DNA of 64,000 bases from Eledone cirrhosa (GCA_964016885.1 OZ024741.1:353834001-353898000), one strand, 5' to 3'; counted from the first letter of the stretch, positions 12,773 to 27,390 are shown. Numbers and translations: made by a program. Notes: generated from the sequence alone by a model not told the origin.

Positions 12773-13049
12773 TATAAATATATATATGCGTATATGTATG
12801 TGTGTGTATGTATCTGTATCAGTGTGTGTGTGCGTACAATCACCCATGGCTTGCTATGACGCCACCACAACGCTCCTGGGATATTATTAGAAGCAATTAA
12901 TCATACGTATTCTTAGATGCTAATCGAAATGAAATAGTTCTCGTTCTGTTTTCTTAGTGATGTTCAAATCTAAATATATCAAGTAAGAAAAAATTACATA
13001 TCTTTTTTTTCCTTCTTGTTTATCATTGAAAGAAATATTTTGCTGTTGT

Positions 13050-13270
13050 TGATCTTATACCTGACTAAATATTTTACATAAATACGTGTTGTTGTCTAGC
13101 AGCGACGATATTTAGGTATTGGCATTTGAAATTTGTTCTTTAAGATCTACAGTCGTCTTCTCAATTACAACTTACCAATGTTTCAGCGAGCCGGTTATTC
13201 TTGATTTATATGATAAACTTGACCTTAATATAAGACGTTTATTGATCGGCGTGCGTTTCCCTCATAACTG
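13050..13270 (-). pseudogene. Exon remnant: end of the cyclic-nucleotide-binding domain of the SLC9C-like gene
   Basis: One frame reads EGNARRSINVLY*GQVYHINQE*PAR*NIGKL*LRRRL*ILKNKFQMPIPKYRRC*TTTRIYVKYLVR, resembling QVYFI...LExRLW...WT. Confidence 0.55.
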
Positions 13271-13789
13271 AGATGTTTTATTCTGTACATATATACATTC
13301 GCATTAATACATATATAGACGTAAATATTCATACAGAGAGTAAACGTACATACAGTGATATAAACATACGTACATAGAGATTAATATATGTACATATATA
13401 TGTATGTGTGTATATATATGTATGTATATATATATATAGAGAGAGAGGGGGTAATAACAAAATATACATAGTGAAAACCATATATATATCTTTTATAGAG
13501 AGATAGATATAAGCGTCAATCATAGATATAAGCATGCATATATAGATATAAACGTATATACACAGTAATAAATGCACAAAAATATATAGTAACGCACATA
13601 TATAGCTATATACGTAAATATATAGATATAAACATATATACGTACAATAAATGTTTTCATATTCCCATAAAAGAACATTTGCTATTTTCTGTATGTTATT
13701 TTTCTGAAATTAGTAATAACGTTTCAGTCGTGATTCCAACCAATCAGAGATACACACATCTGTATGTACTGGTATAAGGGAGTCGTAAG

Positions 13790-13936
13790 GACGCCGTATT
13801 GACATACGGCGTTTCTGGGGCATTTTAAAATTTGGTGGAGCCTATCTCCTCTCCAGGTCTGAATACAGCAGATTTCTTTTAGAACAGGATAGAATGTGAG
13901 AATGGAAATGAGAAAGATATATAGAGGAAGAATTGA
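13790..13936 (-). mobile_element. 3' extension of an extended family-A SINE, interrupted by a Penelope remnant
   Basis: The same sequence is attached to SINE heads at 16095-16402, 21110-21365, 28805-29140 and 43200-43460. Confidence 0.65.
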
Positions 13937-14557
13937 CGTTATAGAAATAGTAAATCAAATGCGATTAGGGGACAATGAAAAAATATAATAAAAAAGAATA
14001 TAATAAAAAATGAGAGAAAGATGTATCAGAATGTAATACATCTTTCTCTCATTTTTTATTATATTCTTTTTTATTATATTTTTTTCATTGTCCCCTAATC
14101 GCATTTGATTTACTATTTCTATAACGTCCCTCCTCCACTTTCTAAAGAAACCTTTTTTCGCCAACCTCCTCTGGCTTACTTTCATACACAGTCCTTAGAA
14201 TTTGCCGTGTAGATTTCACCTTCTACGCTTGACCGGCTCTACCCACTCCCCTATCGTTCTACAGGCAAGTTCAGCCACCCCGCACCCACTGCCATGATAG
14301 ACTTTTCTGTGTCTGCTACAAATTTTGACCAATCCTCTTGACAACTACAATCTTCCCATATAAGGAAGTACCCCTTGAAAAGTTCCGCTATTTATTTACC
14401 AGACTAAAAAAACTCTTAGAAACTCCAGAAAAGCCGTCGAAACGGCTTGAGCTCTGCCGTCGGGGTCATACTTTCTCCTATTACCCACTCTACTACCCTA
14501 AGTATTGAGTACTCTGGTGCGTTATGGTCCATATGGTTCCTTACCACAACTCCGTCG

Positions 14558-14558
<1 letters not shown>
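13935..14558 (+). mobile_element. Penelope-like remnant: 5' inverted duplication (13935-14128) plus a P1 pLTR with a hammerhead (14370-14466), ending in (TA)n
   Basis: ~92-bp-arm palindrome, then ACCCC-TTGAAAA...GAAA-CGGC...GCCG-TC-GGGGT. Confidence 0.7.
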
Positions 14559-14648
<90 letters not shown>

Positions 14649-14699
14649 AATAGAGCGGTATTCTGGAAGCTTATATCATTTATTAATTACGTGTATACA

Positions 14700-15550
14700 T
14701 AGGGACATAACGAGAGGGTCGTGGGGGAAGAATCTTCAAACACTCCTTCCAGCGGGTCCTGTCAGAAGCAACCGTCTCCAACTGATCCGTCTAGATCCCC
14801 AAGCGAAACCAGCCACCAAGCTCATGGACATTATCCAACCATCTTGCTCGGGGGTCTATCCCTGGGCCTCCTGTTGTAGGTTTTACCCATCCAATCTATC
14901 CAGCGATTCTTTCTTGGGGCTTTCTAACGGAATGCCCATAATATCGGAGCTGTGATCTCTCAATTCGGAGAAGTAGCGGTTCTACCTGGAGCGACTCTCT
15001 GATCTCCGAGCTACGCACTCTATCAAGTAACGTTACTCCAAAGACCTTTCGGGGGAACCCGATTTCGGCCGCTTGTATCGTGATCGTATTCTTTCGGTCA
15101 TTACCTAAGATTCATAACCATAGGTAAGAGTGTTATGCTTACCTCCCTTCTACTGATTACTGAATGCTGAAGCTTGGCGCATAACAACACCAGCTCCTGT
15201 AATTCTTGTTCTAAATTCAGCCTCCTGCTTTTTATCAATCGTGAACACGACCCCGAGATACTTGAACTTCTCGGCCTGCTTCAGTGGAACTCCAATTATA
15301 CGTAGACTGCACAGCGCAGGCTTCATTGAGAGAACGAGTGTCTCAATTTTCGCAGTACTCGGCATCAAACCTACCGAGTGCAAGTCGGAGATCCCTTTCT
15401 ATAGATTTAAGTAACACCATGTCATCTCCAAATTCCAGCCGACTGATTTTACACCCACCAGTCATGATACCACTTCTAATCCGACAGCATATGTCAATCC
15501 AGTTCATGTAGATAATGAACAGGAGAGGTGAGAGCACCACCCTTGTCGGG
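14700..15550 (-). mobile_element. 5'-truncated RTE-like LINE (RT C-terminal half), decayed
   Basis: VLSPLLFIIYM, FGDDMVLL and FKYLGVVF in ORFs 15343..15567 and 15150..15383. Confidence 0.8.
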
Positions 15551-15605
15551 GTCCGACTCCCACACACATATATATATATACATATAATTTACATGTATAT
15601 ATTAC

Positions 15606-15648
<43 letters not shown>

Positions 15649-16094
15649 AGGTATATCAAAGGGTAAGAGATTGTCTAGACAAAGGTATCCATATTATGCA
15701 TGTTTGTACAATTATATAGGCGTAATGATATAAGATGATCTGAAAGAAGAGTTGTTATGAGATCGATTCTAACCATCCATATACATATACATATATATAC
15801 AAAGTAGTCATGAAAAATTTTCAAAGAAAATATAAAGCCTACTTATATAATATTTTAAAGCTATCCTGTTAAAACATTTATAATTTGAATAATTCAAAAT
15901 GTATAGTCTACAACTGCATGATTAATTGTAATTTCCTTCAATTATACAGTCCAAGAATTAATTAGATAGGGATTATTTTTACTGTACATTGCTTAAAACC
16001 TAAAAGAAAACAGATATACTAAAGAATAACTATGAATATGAAACAAATATATACTGAAAAGTCTAAGCATTGCTTATTTATGACATTACATGGC

Positions 16095-16540
16095 CCCTGA
16101 GGGATCTGTAGAGGCGTCTTGATGTTATACAGCGTTTCTAGGGCATTTTAAAATCTGGTGGAACCCATCTCTCTCAAGGGTTGAATACAGCAGATTTCTT
16201 CCAGAGAAGGATAGAGAATGAGAGAATGGAAGTGAGGAAAAATTGACCCCAGTACTAGACTGGTACTTTTATTTTTATTGACCTTGATTGGATGAAAGGC
16301 AAAGTCGACCTTGGTGAGATTTGAACTCAGGGAACAGAGAGCTGAAATGAATACTGCAATGCATTCTATCCAACATTCTATCGACTCTGCCAATTCACTG
16401 CCTTTTGTTTATTTATATCCAATTGTTAAAGAAAAATTAGAATATTGGTTTCTTATATAGGCACAAGGCCAGCAGTTTTGGGGGAGGGGAAAGTTGATTA
16501 AATCGACCCCAGTGAGTGACTGGTACTATTTTATCGACAC
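16095..16540 (-). mobile_element. Extended family-A SINE (16095-16402) and an adjacent SINE 3' fragment
   Basis: ggatgaaaggcaaagtcgacc...gatttgaactcag...ctgccaattcactgcc. Confidence 0.75.
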
Positions 16541-17034
16541 AAGAATATTAACAGTTAACTAGAACAGAAAGGTGAGATAGATAGAAAGAAAAGAAAAAAA
16601 GCAGGTGAAATAATGAATATGATAATGAACAAAGGCAAACAGAGAAATGTTTTAAAACTTTTGATACCAACCTTCCCAAAACCACCTCTACTTCTATGAA
16701 ACAAGACCACCCATTTTAAAGGGCTCCTATTTAAATTAAAACTTTCCAGCATAATTTTATATAAGAACATTTTGTTGTTACAAATATTGTTTTAATGAAA
16801 TTACAATTTTATTAAATCCTTCTCAAATTCTTCATTAATTGATTAAAGTACAAAATACTTCATTAGAAATACTGTAATGAAAGACTTAGTGGAATAAATA
16901 TCCATTTAATTACTATAGTATATTTCCAAGATAGAAATACATTTTTAATGATGGAAACTCAACCATAATAATATGCCACATGTTTGTGTGTGTGTGTATA
17001 TATATATATATATGTGTGTGTATATATATATATA

Positions 17035-17500
17035 TGTAGTGAAAAATGGAACGGGAACAAAACAGAGAGTCAGTACAAACAAAGGTTTATTAGTTTCACG
17101 CTCTTGAGGGTGGGGGGTGGGGAACGACGTTTCGGGCATAAGCCCTTCTTCAGGAGAAAAGTGGGTGGGAAGAGAGTTCCGAGGGTGTGTGGGGGAGTGG
17201 TGGGGAGAGATTTAGTAGAAGGGGGAAGGTGGAAGGGGTACAAATAAAAATAAAAATAAACATGAAGATAAACAAGTGGTGGAAGGATGTGGGGCGTGTA
17301 GGGGTGGTGGCGGGTGGAGTGAGGAGAGGGAGGCGGGGTGTCCGAGCGGGGAGGGCTGAAAGTGGTGTTTGTGTATGTGTGTAGGTGTACGTGTGTGTGT
17401 GTGTATGTGAATGTGAGAGTTGGGGGAAGAACGAGGTTCCATGTTCAGGAAAAGGTGTATGTGTGGGGTGGGGTGTGAGTGCGTGTTGATGGGGAGGGGT
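17035..17500 (-). mobile_element. Penelope pLTR-like repeat (family P2) in (TA)n, with a hammerhead core near 17126-17153
   Basis: Minus strand CTGAAGA-a-GGGC-ttat-GCCC-GAAACGTC. A homologous copy is at 41300-41760 on the + strand. Confidence 0.65.
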
Positions 17501-18077
17501 ATATATATATATATATATATATAATATAAAACGAAAAATCAGTGATGCATCTGGACTCAATTTATTGTGTGTTACAATTGTTTCGCCGGCAGACAGTTCG
17601 AGACACGATCATTGTGTGGATCTGTCTGATTCTGGACCTGCAATAATTTCGGATCAAATTTTCTCACTGAGGTGTTAGCGTCAAAAAACATCTTCCTCGT
17701 TTGTCCTGCTGTTGGCTGTTGTTTTTCTACGTCATCATAAATTCTGGCCAATAGTTGCTGTCACTGGCCATAAGCTGTCCCTCCGCCTGACACACTTCAA
17801 TGAATCCATGGTGGGTTTGGTATTCACAAGTCCGCTCGCGCACTCACACACACATATACATATATATATATATATACAATACATAAAAATATATACAATA
17901 CATAAAAAGAGAAAGCCTTAAGCGATACTCTGACCAACTCCATCTCACTCAACAAATATTAGGATATTCCTAAGTATTTTCCCAATTTAGTGTTTGGGGT
18001 ACTAACTAATCAGTATTTCGTGGATAGCTGGTTGTATTATTTTATATAAGACATTATTAAATAAATAACTCTTTCCT

Positions 18078-18201
18078 TCCAGACGGCCGTTTCGTTATAA
18101 GATTTCTACAATTTGGGATAAATAATTTCCAGGTTACATAGAAACTTGTATATAAACCATAGTTTTTTACACAAGCGGGCTCTTATAAACTCATCAGTGG
18201 A
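18078..18201 (-). ncRNA. Type I hammerhead ribozyme with a long branched stem II
   Basis: TCCA-CTGATGA-GTTTATAAG-(~80 nt)-CTTATAAC-GAAA-CGGCCG-TC-TGGA. Confidence 0.75.
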
Positions 18202-18842
18202 TGCCCAAATAATATCGATATAAGAATTATATCGACATTAATAGATTAGTGATGGTCTCCCTCAGCGCTAAGAAGAGACTGGTAGATTAGAAAATCCAGC
18301 AGTCCTCCCAAAGATAAAATACACGCTGTCCCCAAGAGGGTAAGGGGAGGTCATCTTAAAATAAAACAATATACACGCTGGTCATTTAAACCTGTTAGGT
18401 ATTAACCACGTGTTTAAGAACTCAATTGGATATTAAAAGAAATAAATATATGTATACACAATCAATGCACACATAGAGATATTAAAACATAATAAATACA
18501 TGTATGGACCACCCATATACACACATAGCCATTCTATAAGGCTAAATCAGACATGGGATACAAGGAAGATCAATCAGTATTTCATATAAAAAAATAATAA
18601 TAATAAAGAGAGTCATACCTTATATCTGGAAATCATATCTGGCCACCAAGAGTATATATTCAATACATAAACAGAGAAAGCCTTAAGCGATACTCTGACC
18701 AACTCTATCTCACTCAACAAACATTAGGATATTCCTAAGTATTTTCCCAATTTAGTGTTTAGGGTGCTAACTAATCAGTATTTCGTGGATAGCTGGTTGT
18801 ATTATTTTATATGAGACATTATTAAATAAATATCTCTTTCCT

Positions 18843-18966
18843 TCCAGACGGCCGTTTCGTTATAAGATTTCTACAATTTGGGATAAATAATTTCCAGGTT
18901 ATGTAGAAACTTGTATATAATTCATAGTTTTATACACAAGCGGGCACTTATAAACTCATCAGTGGA
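18843..18966 (-). ncRNA. Type I hammerhead ribozyme, second tandem copy
   Basis: Same fold as 18078-18201, core intact. Confidence 0.75.
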
Positions 18967-19398
18967 TGCCCAAATAATATCGATATAAGGATTATATCGA
19001 CATTAATAGAATGACTCATCACCAGAGATTTAAAATAGGATTTGAACGCACATGGTGAGGAACGTAATAATATGAGGATATAGACAGGCCAACGGGAATA
19101 CTACAAATAGAACTTTTTATATCACTGCGCCTATATAACCGTACAAACATGCATAATGTGGATATGTTTGTCTAGACAATCTCTTACCCTTGAATTATTA
19201 TATTACTGCTCCTAATGAATTTTTTTTAATTTTATATTAATAGAGCTGACTTTAGGTTCTAATAGCGACTATCTGTAGCACTTTGGATAACCTATACTTT
19301 TATCAGACAATATGATTAATAACTTTACGTCTTGATCAATATTTTAATACATATATTTCTGCTCCTAACACTAAATTTAATAGAGCTGCTTCTAGCGG

Positions 19399-19485
<87 letters not shown>

Positions 19486-19524
19486 TGTGTGTGTGTGACA
19501 GCTGATCGATGTATATATATATAG

Positions 19525-19885
19525 TCCGGATGCTGACTGTGGATGACCTTGTCCTCTTAACTAACAAGATTGTAGATGCAAGGAAATTACTGCAGATACT
19601 GGAAGAGGCAGCTCCATGGGATTGGCCTCTATGTGAAAGCAACCAAAACAGAATGCATAAGCTTCGATTAAGATGGTGAAATGTATACAGTTAACAGATC
19701 ACCACTGAAGAAAGTTGAACATTTCACATACTTGGGAATTAATATATCCTCCACAGAGAAAGACGTAATGATCCGTATTACCAAAACCTGGAATGCGCTC
19801 GACAGGCTAAGACCTATATGAAAATCGTAGCTAAATGAAAAAATAAAGCGGATCTTCTTTCGTTCTACTGTACGGATCATCAGCT
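19525..19885 (+). mobile_element. Decayed RTE-like RT fragment
   Basis: VDDLVLL...KKVEHFTYLG..IRITKTWNA. Confidence 0.6.
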
Positions 19886-19974
19886 TCAATAATAAAGAAA
19901 GGAGTGCGGGACTGCATCCAGAATATATTTTTTTACCCCGTTTGTAAAATAAGTTGGATTACTTTTAATAATTA

Positions 19975-20365
19975 ATTGTTTCTACTATTGGCACAAGGCC
20001 AGCAATTACCCAGTGCATTACTGGCACTTTATTTTATCGACCCCGTAAGGATGAAAGGCAAAGTTAACCTCGGCGTGATTTGAACTCAGACCATAAAGGG
20101 ACGTAACTCTTTGCTGCAAAGCATGGCGTCCGACCCTCTACCGATACTGCCAATCCACCGCCTTACTTTGAATAAATAATTGTTTCTACTTTTGGCACAA
20201 GGCCAGAAATTACCCAGTGCATTACTGGTACTTTATTGTATCGACCCCGTAAGGATGAAAGGCAAAGTCAACCTCGGCGGGATTTGAACTCAGATCGTAA
20301 AGAGACGTAACTATGGTGGAAAGCATGGCGTCCGACCCTCTACCGATACTGCCAATCCACCGCCC
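19975..20365 (-). mobile_element. Two tandem full-length family-A tRNA-SINEs
   Basis: Each begins GGCGGTGGATTGGCAGTATCGGT (A box) and has GAGTTCAAATC (B box). The second copy is flanked by the direct repeat ctttgaataaataa. Confidence 0.9.
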
Positions 20366-20709
20366 TTTGAATAAATAAATTATTACATAATTTATGTGCT
20401 AAATTTTGTGGCTGTTGATTAAATATATTTTATAGCTTATTTAAAAATTCACTTCTTTAAAATTGTCAAATGTCAACACTTCCGGTTAACGGCCGTTATA
20501 TTATAACACTTATAATCGCATACATTTCCGTCGCTAATTTTCTCCTAATGCAATTTATATATAATGTCGTCTTTTTTTTAATGTATCATGGATTACTGAT
20601 TACATAAGACACTGTAACACAGTCTTCGTTCAATTTCTGTGTATATTGTCAATTACGATTTTATTTACATGCATATATATTTGTGTATAATATCAATATA
20701 CACACCGGG

Positions 20710-21090
20710 TGGTTTTTCTGCTAGTGACCAATAATGCTGAGAATAAACTGGATAGGACTTACACTTGCATGCTGCGTACAGTACTCGACAAAGTGTGGAA
20801 GCAATATCCGACAAAGGAAGAACTATATGGTCATATATCGAAGATGACCACAATAACTATAGAGCGGAGGTCAAGATATACTGAACACTGCTACTGAAGC
20901 AAGGATGAGCTGTCTACTGTGGATGCTTATACATGGTAAGACTCTAACAGAACGACCGAGAATAGCCTACATTGATCAGCTGTCACGAGACGCCCAGCTA
21001 GGAATTGATGATCTCAATAATACCATGGAAGAGTGTGACATCTTGAAGAGAAGAGTAGAACTGGTCCGAGCAATCCACCCGACCTAAAAA
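20710..21090 (+). mobile_element. 3' fragment of an RTE-like LINE
   Basis: KLDRTYTCMLR...LYG...RYTEHC, LLW....GK....RP...YIDQL. Confidence 0.7.
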
Positions 21091-23050
21091 AAGATATATA
21101 AACCAATTTCAAAAAGGAAAGAGGTGTGAATACAGCATATTTCTTCTAGAGAAGGAAAGAGAGTGAGAGAAAGGAAGTGAAAAAGAAATATACTGAAAGA
21201 ATCGACCCCAGAACTAGATTGGTACTTTTTTTTTAATCGACCTTAAATGGATGAAAGACAAAGATGACCCCCAGCGGGATTTGATCTTAGAGAGCAGCGA
21301 GTCGGAACGAATATCGCAAAGCATTACTATCAGATGTTCTAACGACTCTGATGATTTGCCGCTACTCTACTAATTAAAGAAAGTAATACGTTGTTACACA
21401 TCATGGCTGAAGAGACAGAATAGATAGCTATCCGATATGTTGAAATCCGTTTAAGAATTCCGACCAAATTCCGATGTAAGTCTGTACGAATGCATACATA
21501 AAGAGCCTGATTGTCTGTAAAAGTGAGATAAATCAGGAAAATAAATTGGAAATGCAGTAAAGAGTAAAGCTGACGCGACACAAACTGACACAAAACCTTC
21601 ATGCATGTCTAAGCAGATAAACTCAAAAGAAAAGATTTAGGTTTTTTAAGTCCCTTTCACTTATAACCGTAAGTTAAATAAAACATTTGGTAACAATTGA
21701 TTATTTGATACACATACATTCTCTCTCCCCATCTCCTCTCTTTCCCCCATCTCTCTCTCTCTATCCTCTCTCTCTCTCTCACACAAATTCACACATACAT
21801 ACTCTCTTTTACACACACGCACATTCATATTTTACATACATTTCGTACTGCATGTCATTATCTTCATCAGCTCTCGACTGGAGATTACAAAGATTTCGAG
21901 GAGTGAGGTATGAGTTCAATACATTTATAAAACATAGACACATAATCTCTTGATACTGATGCAAGTCTTTCTTCTCTGGCCTTTGTAAATTGTATATAGT
22001 AAACAAAAGAATTGATATTCTTTTCAGTATATGCTTATTTGAACATTATTTTAATGCATTGAATGTATCTCTACGACATTTCGAACTATCAACCCCATAT
22101 TTAGAGATGAAACTTTGTTATATTATTTACACCTAATCAGCGTTTATGTTAAAGTAAGGGTTAAATCATATTCTGCTATGTTTTATGCCGTTACTGTTAC
22201 TATTTCTGATTCCTACAGACGTGTACCAAGCCCTCCATCTTTGTCACGAATCTTTACCAGTTCATTCCGCGATTATATCCGCCCATGTTTTTCCTCGCCC
22301 AACACTTTAGCCTTCTTTTACCCAGAACTGTTCCTTGGAGGATGGTCTTCATCAATCCATTAGGGTGTTTGTAGTTGCCCAAATATTACTAGATATTGAA
22401 TGGACGGAAATCAGTGCCATGACAAACAACCAAGACAAGACTGACTCCACAATTTCTATCAATGGCCAGGAGCTTCAGACCGTTGATCACTTCAAATACA
22501 TTTATGTTTCGAACTAACTGTAAAGTTCAGAGGATCTACAATTCAGAATTGTATTCAAATTTAGGTGATATTTGACAGAATTGGACTAAAGAATATCCAG
22601 AACTAAACAACATTTTATTCTAGTTCTAAGACACGGTAAATGACACATGATACGGCAATTCGTTTGTCATAGTTGACATAGACAATGCCAGTTGTATATG
22701 GTAGATCCTATAGCTTAACTAGTAGAATTATTCTTGAATTGCCTTGAAGAAATATCGTCCTATATGAGGGATTTCGAAACATTGTCTGCGTAACATATAT
22801 ATTTCTATTATATACTGGTGCTATGCAGCCGTTTCTTGATTGTTTTATTTATTTATTTATTTATTTATTTATTAGTATTTTGTTCTATATTTTTCAATTT
22901 GTACATTAGTCGCCACTCTGAAATTTCTAACACAATTCGTTATTCATCAAGTATTGGAAAGATACCAAGATCATAGAATTGTGGATTGCTTTGTGCGTTA
23001 CAGATATATTCAAAACTTACTTACTATATTTACATATATACATATATCCG

Positions 23051-23144
<94 letters not shown>

Positions 23145-23162
23145 CATGTATGTATGTATGTA

Positions 23163-24117
23163 GAGAGATGACTCGTTAGCCTTTGTCAAGGCAGAATTCT
23201 AGGAGAAGGAAAACTCTGATATAACACCTGCAACCCTGATGGTATCCAATGATGTTGACTTGTTCTTCTTTTTGGTAAATATCATCTTGGTTAAGAGAGT
23301 AGGACTGGCTTTGTGCAGTGCCTTTGCTCACTATAAAAGCTTCACGGCACAGGCATTCCTTTATATCTGGAGATCTCTCTGCACTTGTCATCACATGGTA
23401 CCATGGGCCCAGCACTATGTGTCAGTAATTTTCACAAGTGTAGTCTTTGTACCAGGATTTTCAAGTCGCTGGCTGAACTAAAAAGTCACACTCGTTCAGC
23501 GCATCAGTAGGGTTCTCCTACATGGATATAAAGTAGTGGCCGTACTCGAAAACGAGTTGGCAGCCACCATGTATGTATGTATGTATGTAGGTTTCTTGGT
23601 GAGGAGGGTGACTTTGGACATCCTGCAGGAATAAAAACAAAACCTGTCAAAGGGCAAAGGAGCTCTTAAGAGTCAATGGCCATCTAAAATCACCGGGAGA
23701 GATGACCCCTTAGCCTTTGTCAAGGCAGAATTCTAGGAGAAGGAAAACTCTGATATAACACCTGCAACCCTGATGGTATCCAATGATGTTGTCTTGTTCT
23801 TCTTTTTTGGTAAATATCATCTTGGTTAAGAGAGTGGGACTGGCTTTGTGCAGTGCCTTTGCTCACTATAAAAGCTTCACGGCACAGGCATTGCTTTATA
23901 TCTGGAGATCTCTCTGCACTTGTCATCACATGGTACCATGGGCCCAGCACTATGTGTCAATAATTGTCACAAGTGTAGTGTTTGTACCAGAGTTTGAAGT
24001 CGCTGGCTGGACTAAAAAGTCACACTCGTTCAGCGCAACGGTAGGGGTTCTCCTACATGGATATAAAGTAGTGGCCGTACTCGAAAACGAGTTGGCAGCC
24101 ACCATGTATGTATGTAT
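23163..24117 (+). mobile_element. Two tandem non-autonomous retroelements with (ATGT)n tails
   Basis: A ~410-bp block is repeated 534 bp apart. It carries a GGAGAAGGAAAACTCTGA motif like RTE 5' regions. Both copies end gcagccaccATGTATGT. Confidence 0.75.
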
Positions 24118-25149
24118 TTGTATATATTTGTGTGTGTAAAATAAAGAGTGGATACAAACATTCAAAACTGATGTGTAGTTGATAAATTGCAAAGGTGAAC
24201 TATAAATTATGTACACTTCCATTTTTTTTTAATAATGTCGATTGAACTTTGAGATATTATCACTGAAGCTATCATAAAGTTGCAAGAATGATAGTTTGAA
24301 AACATTAACCAATTCTGCAGCATTCCACAAATATAATTTAACCCCTTTGATACCAAACTGCTTGAAATTATCCCCAATTTTCATAAATGATTGATCAATT
24401 TAAAGTGTTCATATTTGATTTAAAACCTTCCAATATAATTTAATGTAAGAACATTTTGTTAAATAATGCTCCAAATAATAGCTTAATAATTATTTCTAAC
24501 ATTATCACATGGCCAGCAATTTAGGGGAAGGTGTAAGTCGATTATATCAACCACAGTACTTAACTGGTACTTCTTTTATTGACCCCGGGGGATGAAAAAC
24601 AAAGCTGACCTCGGCAAGATTTGAACTCAGAGCGTAGAAAGTCATCACTAAATACCACAATGCATATATATATATGTATGTGTGTGTGTGTGTACATATA
24701 TGTATATATATATACTTATATATATAAACATATATACATATATAGATATATGTATATATATATATGCATATATATATACACACACACACACATATATATA
24801 ATATACAATGAATGCCGAATATAGACTTTATTAAAACATTGGTTTCCAAAGAAGATAATTTTCTCCAGTTCTTTTTTTTTTTCGTTTTTCTTTTCTTTTT
24901 TCTACTGGGTAAAATAATTACAGCTTTTATTGCTTTATTTTATCCTTTCAAAATTATTACATTGAAACTACAGAGATAAAAAATTAAATAAACCACGTTA
25001 AAAGTAAATGATAAATAATGTGTATGTATCTTTGTTGTGCAAGCTTCCGAAATGTTTGTGGGAGCTTCTGATCATTCGTACATATATAATTATCTGTTCT
25101 ATTTATAAAGCATAGCACTTAAACGTAATAACAAATGGGAAATTTTTAT

Positions 25150-25938
<789 letters not shown>

Positions 25939-26228
25939 TTACCTTTTCATTATAAGCGAAATATATAGAAAGTAGGAGATTCCTTTTCGGCTAAATGCTT
26001 TTAAATAGTAAAACTGCCATTGTCTAGATAAGATGATGATTATAGAGAATGACATTAACGAGACAATTTTAAATAAAAGGTTTAACTTCAGTTTATTCAT
26101 CGAATCGCTTATTGTTTTAGTTATTCTCTCTGTAGTTTTTCTTTTGGGAGTTTTTGGTAATTTTCCCATTCACTTTCTATTGTTTTCTGTTTAGATAATA
26201 TGTATGTATAAGTATATGTATCTAGGCA

Positions 26229-26259
<31 letters not shown>

Positions 26260-26263
<4 letters not shown>

Positions 26264-26512
26264 CGAAGGAAATGTGGTAAGGAACCAGATGGACCATAAC
26301 GCACCAAAGTACTCAATACTTAGGGTAGTAGAGTGGATAATAGGAACGAGTAGGACCCCAACGGCTGAGCTCAAGCCGTTTCGACGGCTAATTCTAATCC
26401 AGAATTAGCCGTCGAAACGGCTTGAGCTCAGCCGTCGGGGTCCTACTCGTTCCTATTACCCACTCTACTACCCTAAGTATTGAGTACTTTGTGCGTTATG
26501 GTCCTACTCGTT

Positions 26513-26515
<3 letters not shown>
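26260..26515. repeat. Fold-back P1 pLTR palindrome (~105-bp arms) between (TA)n tracts
   Basis: ggaccataacgcacc...gacggctaattct-aatcc-agaattagccgtc...gtgcgttatggtcc. Confidence 0.9.
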
Positions 26516-26586
<71 letters not shown>

Positions 26587-26744
26587 TATACATATACATC
26601 ATTATATATATATATATAAATATATATATATCATGCTATAAATATATACAATAACTCAACTCTCAGTATATATATACCGTGTTAATTTATTGTGGATAAA
26701 AGATGTATTTATGTGTGTTATGTATGTATGTACCAGCACAATTG

Positions 26745-27095
26745 TGCTGTTAAACCACTGGGAGTGAAGGACCCCTAGCCGTTGTCTGGGCATTCTTCTA
26801 GGAGAAGGCAACTCAGGAAACTGGGATAACTCCGACATAAAACCTGCGGCTCAGTAGTTATCGGCGATGTTGATTTTTTTCTTCTTTTCGAGTTAAAGCT
26901 ACTGTCGCTCAGAGAGTGGGATTGGCTAAGTGCACAGTCTTTCCTCACTTTAAAAAAATCTTCACGCACAGGCATTGCACGATAGAATTAATTAATTATT
27001 AATAATGTTATATCGTGCAATGACCATACTCGATAACGAGGGGGCAGTCATCATCATGTATGTATGTATGTATGTATGTATGTATGTATGTATGC
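26745..27095 (+). mobile_element. Non-autonomous (ATGT)n-tailed element, second subfamily
   Basis: Near-identical to 28468-28787. Shares tagcc.ttgtc...ttctaggagaagg with 23177. Confidence 0.75.
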
Positions 27096-27107
27096 ATGGA
27101 TGTATTA

Positions 27108-27390
27108 GGTGAAAGCGTGTGGTTTAGTGATTAGAGTGTTCGGCAAACGATTGTGACACCATGAGTTTGCTTCCCAGCGGCGTAGTGTTCTTGAGGGAGA
27201 TAGAGTATTTCAATCTGTTAGCAGGAATGATTTGTACCTTTAAATCAAAGGGCTAGCTATGTAACGCTCTGTGTCACGCTGAATCGTCTTGTAAACTACT
27301 TTAAGAATACACGTATTAGTGGAATCCTAAGCCACATGCACGCTAAATTCACGACCAGTTTGTTCTGTTGTTCGAGCCATTGGAACAAAT
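27108..27390 (+). mobile_element. Diverged family-B SINE
   Basis: ggtgaaagcgtgtggtttagtgattag head, with a body matching 10560-10885. Confidence 0.65.

Larger units (their letters stand above)
17895..19200 (-). mobile_element. Tandem pLTR/retrozyme-like repeat (family P3), 765-bp spacing, two hammerheads
   Basis: 17900-18245 is repeated at 18665-19010. The segment 19117-19194 has an inverted copy at 15657-15735. Confidence 0.8.

Noticed and set aside
23177-24117. CRISPR-like or prokaryotic system
   Set aside because: There is no short repeat-spacer array and no prokaryotic gene organisation. The repeats are eukaryotic TE copies.
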